Shown piece after piece: positions 10,661 through 17,076 of a stretch of DNA of 17,076 nucleotides; position 1 is the stretch's first letter, and each line of letters starts with the position of its first letter. Source of the DNA: Ginkgo biloba (lineage: Eukaryota > Plantae > Ginkgophyta). The translations under genes were made by a program, and so were the position numbers. The notes beneath the pieces are model-generated. The model saw only the letters and a list, made by a program, of their open reading frames with translations. It was not told where the DNA came from and did no database searches. Where the stretch lies: NCBI GenBank assembly GCA_024626585.2, contig JANKJI020000002.1, forward strand, positions 220,231,777 to 220,248,852. The letters run 5' to 3'.

Positions 10661-10794
10661 CATTGATCCTTCTCCTTGCTGTTGATCAGACTTTGTGGGA
10701 GTCACATCTGATGAGGGCAACGGAGTGGTGCTAGGTCCATTAACTGGCAGAGCAGAACCAGGTTGCTTTTCTTTTCCATCTGCTGCAGCTTCCT
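10661..10794 (-). CDS. SGT1: 5' part of the SGT1 VR1 exon with its genuine acceptor: (E)EAAADGKEKQPGSALPVNGPSTTPLPSSDVTPTKSDQQQGEGSM
   Basis: tgttaccttgcAG|AG GAA GCT acceptor at 10795-10796 (phase 1). Open frame with CG/CHG sites retained until TAA at 10658-10660; the upstream sequence is non-coding. Confidence 0.7.
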
Positions 10795-11349
10795 CTGCAA
10801 GGTAACATGTGACAACATTTTTTTGGACATGTATACCATCAGGGGAACTAGCTACTTTTAAGTATTAAATGTGTGGAAAATATTATTGGTTCAGTAAATC
10901 AACTATATTTAGTTTGGCAGCAAATATTCAGAAACAATAAATGCGATGTATTCTATCAAGATATTGGCACATACAATAAACATTGGTGTCATGTACTAAT
11001 AATTTGGGTAGGGAATTTTCTCAAACCACCTCTACCCTTCTGGAAAGATCCCACATGGAAATACTGTATATTGAACCAAAAAGCAATGACCCTATTGTTG
11101 TTTCATAATCTTTTCCAATATTTGAAAATTACAGAACTCCCCACTTTGGAAGGAAATTTCACTTTAAAAATTGCAATGCCACACAAGCACTATTTCCGAA
11201 TGCATTAAAGACTATAGTTTGTATATAGGACTGGAAAATTTGCCACAAACTGACATCATCCAAACGGAAAATGGTTGATCTCTCCCTAAAAATGACCCTC
11301 GTTAAGAGATCATTCACCAATAAAAAGGCATGTGCCTACTTAGAAGTAG

Positions 11350-13090
11350 AAGAAAGGCGAGAAGAAAATCAAAGGGATTGGGATACTTATAAGGCTTCAT
11401 GAACAACTGCCATTCATGAAGCTACTCCTTAAGATGCCCCTCTTATAAGTGGCTTTGCACCTTATCTTTTGGGCTGTATAGTCTTAGGCTTTAGCATTCA
11501 AAAGTGGATTCTATGAACAACATTTTCTTTGAAATTTGAAGTTGGCTAGCCCGTCCTTAATATTATGCTTCCAAAATACATTCCTTTGCTTGCTTCAAGA
11601 ACCAAAACGAAATGAGGCCACAGATGAGCAGACTGTCCGAACACTAGCACAAATGCCCTCCCTTTCTTGGATCATCCCAAGACATTATCACATACTTGTT
11701 TCCAATCATTTTCTTTTTAATCAAAGAGTTTTAGGTCTTGTTAAAAGCTTTTGGATGATGTGTTTACTAAGAATCTTGAGGGTACACCCCTCTTTGGGTG
11801 CTCATCATGGTATCACCGCAACTTCCAGAGTGCTTTGCTTCCCTTGATTTACTTCTTTCTTTGCAATTCTTGAGCTTCTCTTTGGCAGTTTACCTAAGCT
11901 TTTTTCCCCTCCCTCCTCTGTCAGATGCACCTTCTTTCCTACATCTTTAATTTCTCCCTTCTAATTTACAAAGAACTCTGGCCCTTTCTCCTCTAACCAT
12001 AACTGTCTCATCTTGTGTCCCTCTTGCCTAGGAAGGGGTTGTCAGTGGCAGTTTCTTATTATAACAGCATGATTTGGTCTTCAACAGGAACTGCACAGGA
12101 TGTGATCCAAACAATGAAATCTTCTTTACAGAGACACATGAGAGACCAAATGCTCTTTACCAACTATTGGGGGCTACAAATGGTTTTCAACATACCATAG
12201 TCAGACTCAAGCTTCAGGCAGAATCTGTGGCTATGCTGGAGTAGCTTCTCTTTAAAGATCAACAGCAGGCTTAGATAATGTTAGTAACCACCGATGTTCA
12301 ATCTAGATATCAATTGATCCAGCTTAATAGGAACCTCTTGAGAAGGAATCTCCATGTTGCAATCTGTTATTTCCCCCTAGCTTCCTCCCAGTTCACTCTC
12401 GGCACGTATTGCGACTGTTTTGGACCTTTACCTTTAGATTGCACACTTCTCAGCCGATGATCATACTCATCCTAGTGGAGACTTCAATGCCCGTAAAAGT
12501 TCATTACAAACACCAAAGCATGGAATCCCAGACAATGAGCACCATATTAGTGCGTTGGACCACTCAAAGTTTGGCTTAGACAGACTGGAAGAAGAGTCAC
12601 AAGCAATCTCCACCTCTGGACAAGACTCGTTAGGCCTTGGTGAGTCAAAATGATTTATTTAATTATTCTGAATGCATTTCAAGGTTTCCCAGATCTGATG
12701 CATAAATTAGTTATTGCAAGAAGGGGGTGTTGATGTTGTCAATTATGTTCTGGCTAGTTTATCGGCATTGGACATCATCTCAGAACTTCACATTTCCCCC
12801 ACCTCCTGTTTGCAGAACATGCCTTTCTGGCCTTTACTCTTCTTGACAAGATAGACTCTAGTGCCTCCATCTCCCGCTCGGCTCCACCCATCTCTTATAC
12901 ACATTCTATTAGCCCCATTTGTTTTGATCGTGACTGTTATGATGACTACAGAACATACATAGCCCAGTTCCTCCCAAAAATATATTCCTTACCTTCAATT
13001 GCCTCAAAAACAGATTTCCTCCCATGCTCCCTTCACAAGGCAGCACAAAATTGAAAAATCCTTTCTCCAATGGCTGCACCCATCTCCTCC
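11350..13090 (-). mobile_element. Highly degenerate L1 LINE 5' portion (ORF1 and start of the ORF2 endonuclease) in an SGT1 intron; boundaries approximate
   Basis: ORF1-like remnants VPIKLDQLISRLNIGGY (~12280-12335) and zinc knuckle CSSC*RPNHAVIIRNC (~12047-12096). ORF2-start remnants VIMSW..DPRK, PHFVLVLEASK and GAS*GVA (~11420-11700). Confidence 0.55.
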
Positions 13091-13172
13091 TCGCCAGATT
13101 TTAAGACATTGTCATATGAACAACTATAAACAAGTGATCTAATAATGACTGCAAACAAATGCACAAGAAGCT

Positions 13173-13424
13173 TAAGATAGACCTTATATCCAAACCAGAG
13201 ATGGCCAACGAGACTCATAAGAAGCACTGATTCTTAATTAGAGGCAAGAACTGACCTAAGAGAGACCTTATTCCCAAACCAGAGATGGCCGATGAGACTC
13301 ATAAGTAGCACTGATTCTTAATTAGAGGCAAGAAGTGACCTAAGAGAGACCTTATTTCCAAACCAGAGATGGCCGACAAGACTCATAGGTAGTACTGATT
13401 CTTAATTAGCGGCAAGAAGTGACC
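13173..13424. repeat. Three tandem 84-bp monomers
   Basis: taaga(t/g)agaccttat..ccaaaccagagatggcc...agactcata.g.ag.actgattcttaattag.ggcaagaa.tgacc starting at 13173, 13257 and 13341. Confidence 0.95.
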
Positions 13425-13922
13425 TTGTCTTTAAGAAGGGCTGAATTTATTTGCTCTTGCAAAGAAACACCCAAGCTTTTTCAGAAAAACCCGATGCCCC
13501 TGAAATCTACCTGTCACGTCTCTTGCCCCAACAATTCAGTTTGCTTGTGCTTTCACACTTTATCACACTCCCAATTAATTGCATGTGAAAACCTCATACC
13601 ATCCTTCCATCTTGTCTCTTCTTAACATCTAGTTGTGTCTGAAAAGCCATCCATAAACTTCAAAGCAATAAAACTATTGGAATATGGATTTCTTGAACAT
13701 ATTGCGGACATACTCACTCCACCTATTGCCAATCTGTTTGATGATATTGTGTTTGGGCTTTCCCTCTATACAAAATCTACTCCACTATCCTGAAATCTTA
13801 TAATTTAGAGTTGGTTGATATAGAGAGCCTTGTGAGCTACAAGGCAAGCAAGTTTCCATTGGGATCACCACACTTTGGATCATATCTTTACACTAAGAGC
13901 CATTATAGAAGAGGCTACCTCA

Positions 13923-14040
13923 AAAGTTTCTTATTGCCTTGTCGACTTTCAGAAAGCCTTTGACACAGTTTTTATGCATCTTCTCATGGAGAAAGTCTAT
14001 TATTGCTTTGTTGACTTTCAGAAGGCTTGTCATACAGTTT
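13923..14040 (+). repeat. In-frame 69-bp tandem duplication of the RT motif KVxYCxVDFQKAxxTV
   Basis: aaagtttcttattgccttgtcgactttcagaaagcctttgacacagtt at 13923 and aaagtctattattgctttgttgactttcagaaggcttgtcatacagtt at 13992. Confidence 0.88.
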
Positions 14041-14065
14041 CTAAAAGGCTTGATGCTCTAGAGAA

Positions 14066-15692
14066 GGTTACGGATCAAACAAATCACACAAATTTGGCTT
14101 TCAGAGGGGCAAAAGTTAAGGAAATGAGTGAAGTGGATAATAAGTGGGTCCTACACCTTGTGACACCACTGAAAGTAACCACAATAAGCAAGAAGGTGAA
14201 ATTGTCCAAAAACCACTTTGAAAGTTCAATATAGGGCGCCTCAAATGAAGGAATGACATGTGGCAATGACATAGATTGGCAGTTGGAAATCAAGGTAGTC
14301 TCACCTACAAGTCTTAACAACCTATGGAAGATTCCAGAATGCTTAGTATTGCTATTTAGGGAAGGCCAAGTTTGGGCTTGGCAACTTTTCGAATTTTTGG
14401 CATTTTGATGGAAGAAATCAGATTTGTATAGCTGCTAATTTTGTACACTGAAAAAACTCTTTAAACCAGTTTTTGGCTCACAGAAGAACATAGCGCTTCC
14501 TTGTGTGACACCACACTTTGGCATGCATTTTCAGCATTTTGCCAGCCCAAGAAACCCTTGGAGATCCTAGAAGGGTGACATAAGCAATCCTGGAGCAGAA
14601 CACCCTTCACTAAAGAAAGGTACTGGTTGCTAGCTGATTTTTGAAGAATTACTGTGGCAGAAGTCGTTGTGAGGGATTCCAGCCAGCTATAATAAAGGAC
14701 ATCTCAGTATTCAAGGGTTTTTACCAAGTAAACCTCAATCTATAAGTACTGTTAAAACCCTAACTGAAGAAAGCATTCTATGGACTGTATGCATGCATAT
14801 AACTCTGTTTTGGGCATAATCAATGCATGAATACTTAGCATGGGATGTCTTTCTCTGGTGTACTCCAGGAGAGCTTTTGATTGTTCTATGGTTCTTTATA
14901 ATCAAACTGGCATGCTGTATAAATTGGAAAATCCTTCCTTGTGCATGCAGTGATTGTTTCCCTCTTTTTGTCAAATTGTAGATCTTGGCCATAGAGAGGC
15001 ATAAGAATGCAGTAGATGTCCTTTGGGGGATAGAGCCGGATTGTTTTCATGTTCTATGGACCCTTTCGTATTGAGCTAGTAGTAGATATGAAATAGACCC
15101 TCTATTTGGTATGGCTATAGGGTGGAAAAGACACCCACTAAAATGTTAGCCATACTGGTTTGAATACACCTAGGGTTTTGCTATAGCTATCAGATTGAAA
15201 AGATACTCACTACGTTGTTAGTCATATAGGTTGAAGGATACCCAAGGTTTATGGCGGGTGAAAGAATACCCACTAAACTGTTAATCACCAAGTACCATAA
15301 GAATACCAAGAGCAGAAGGTACCAGAATTAATACAAATACTGTTAGCTAAGGGCGGAGCCTTCTTGGGTCTCTGGGCACAAAAAAGAGGATTCAAATGAT
15401 ACCTAAGGTTCAACACCATTATTTTCGGTGGTGTCTAGCAGATCAATAATAGATGCTAGGTGCTAATGATTGCACAGGGATGCAAATGAAGGTTTAGCTA
15501 GCACTACAAAAAGGCCTTATGGTAGTCCCCAAAACCAACAATGGATATTTCTATCCCTATGTCGGTATCCTGCAGACCAGAATCCCTGTCTACGTACCTT
15601 TCTGTGCGTGAGAGATTGTGTTATGGATTAGAGCTTTAACTTATGTTGTTGAGCATAGTCATTTTGCAGGTACAAATAGCGAAACTCTAACA
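14066..15692 (+). mobile_element. ~1.63-kb solo LTR inserted in the LINE RT
   Basis: Termini (G/T)GTTA...TAACA; flanks GAGAA (14061-14065) and GAGAT (15693-15697), a 4/5 TSD match. Removing it rejoins the RT frame (KRLDALE|MIISIVMVL). TATA-like ctataataaa at ~14688; strand call is tentative. Confidence 0.75.
15111..15290. repeat. About three degenerate ~65-70-bp subrepeats inside the solo LTR
   Basis: Recurrent gaaa(a)ga.ac.cacta...tgtta core at ~15126, ~15198 and ~15260. Confidence 0.6.
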
Positions 15693-17076
15693 GAGATGAT
15701 TATCTCGATAGTGATGGTCTTATAATAGCAGATAGGGGGTCGAGTCCACAACAAGCACAAGCTCTCTAGAAGTATACAAATTACTATTTGGGTAAAACAA
15801 GGATGCCATCTTTCACCTACAGTATTCGAGTTAGAAGGTTGAGCTATATATTAGTGAGGCTACACAAGTTGAGGACGCATGTTTCTTAGACAAAATGTTG
15901 ATTGCCATACTTCTTTTTGTTGATGATGTAGTCCTTTTATCTTCTNNNNNNNNNNCAATTGTATCACCTTAGTAATACTGAGCTTATTGCCTTTGACACC
16001 TCCACTACTGCCATAACCCAAGTCAACCTTTGATTCAAACGCCGCATAGTTAATGTTGTTAATTCTTATACATATCTTTCAACCCTATCTTCAACAGGCA
16101 CGTACAACCTAACCTCAACCCTGAGAAGGGTATGCCGCTCTTTCATTTGCCAAAAGACCGTCCTTCCAACTCCAATTCAAGGATATCCCTCCCAAGCAAC
16201 AATTATTTGATGCCCCAATCAGACTCGCCACTTTCTACAAGGTAGAGGCTTGGTAATTGGGCTTATTTATAATGGAGTGGGCACACAAACTAAGAGGGTT
16301 CAAAGGATTATACTCTCCAACATCATACGTTGTAAGCAGATAATGCCCCAGAGTACCAATTAGGCTAAAATTGGTACACACTCACTTTGTCAACTGAGAC
16401 TAATTTTAGGATTACTTCATAAATAATAGAGTCCACGCCAAGGTAGACACTCACACATGGAAAGGCAAGTTTCTCTACCTAGTACATGCTCGTCACAAAG
16501 ATAAGTGATGCAAAGAAGCCTCTAGACATAGATACGAATGGTACAATGAGACTTTTGCCCTACTTTAGACAATTGGGACCTCTATTACAAATCATCACCT
16601 TTTTTATTTTCTACCAATGCTCCTCATCTCCATCTCACCAAGAAGTAAATTAATAGTCACATTCAGGAGGATCAGATCTATACAACATACATCAGGTTAC
16701 ATGAGTCTCCCCACCTATATCCCCCAGTCCCAAGATGACCTTTCACTCCAAGCACATCCATTCTATCTTAGATGGCACTATGGCTATCTATGTCTACAAA
16801 TGTCAAATGTGATGAGATTTCCTATTGAGAATTCAAAGTATGAATCCATCAGCTTCAAGTGGAGGTTTAGTGTCATATTACCAAAGGCCATTGAATTTAC
16901 CGGTAATGCTCTTTGCAGGTGGAGACAGTAGAACATTTTATCTTCCCATGTCTTGTTTTTTCTGAGGACGATGGCGGATATTACTGCTTATTTAGGGATG
17001 AGAAGGGGTCCCTCTCCACATTCATTTCATATAAAAATCAGACATGTGTGGCCCCTTTTTAAGAGGGCCTTTCCTT

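Larger units (their letters stand above)
13640..17076 (+). mobile_element. Degenerate RTE/RTEX-type non-LTR retrotransposon (RT and C-terminal domain), interrupted by a solo LTR and running off the window end
   Basis: TLDHIFTLRAIIEEA..KV.YC.VDFQKAFDTV (13869-13970); VKQGCHLSPTVF (~15792-15827); IAILLFVDDVVLLS (15901-15942); LFDA.IR...YKVEAW (~16200-16255); HQLQVE and VETVEHFIFPC zinc-finger remnant (~16847-16952). Confidence 0.88.

Noticed and set aside
10873-12460. Plus-strand ORFs of 60-111 aa
   Set aside because: Antisense to decayed L1 or intron sequence, with no protein motifs.
13173-13424. 84-bp repeats as a CRISPR-like array
   Set aside because: The monomers are contiguous with no unique spacers, the context is eukaryotic, and there are no cas genes.

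Overview
AT-rich, gap-containing land-plant nuclear DNA. Retroelement-filled introns and the LINE types suggest a gymnosperm-like genome (inference). The only host gene is SGT1 (HSP90/RAR1 co-chaperone, TPR-CS-SGS) on the minus strand. Three intact 3' exons with canonical splice sites encode the SGS domain (5143-5250, ~5366-5470, 5609-5697). The VR1+CS region occurs twice, 1888 bp apart (8423-8906 and 10311-10794), as reciprocal chimeras. The upstream copy has the genuine splice acceptor and a clean 5' part, then 8 stop codons. The downstream copy has a decayed 5' part fused without introns to exon-1 and exon-3 sequence (a processed retrocopy sitting behind a 313-bp LTR), then an open CS frame ending at the genuine donor. 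A gap of exactly 100 N lies between the copies, so this is either a retrocopy recombined into its parent gene or an assembly swap between the gene and LTR-borne retrocopies. The rest is degenerate retroelement DNA: a Ty3/gypsy chromovirus pol (1-~2862), a copia integrase fragment, a decayed L1, and an RTE/RTEX-type LINE interrupted by a 1.6-kb solo LTR, plus several short tandem repeats. Genomic SGT1 exons 1-3 were not found and presumably lie beyond 17076.
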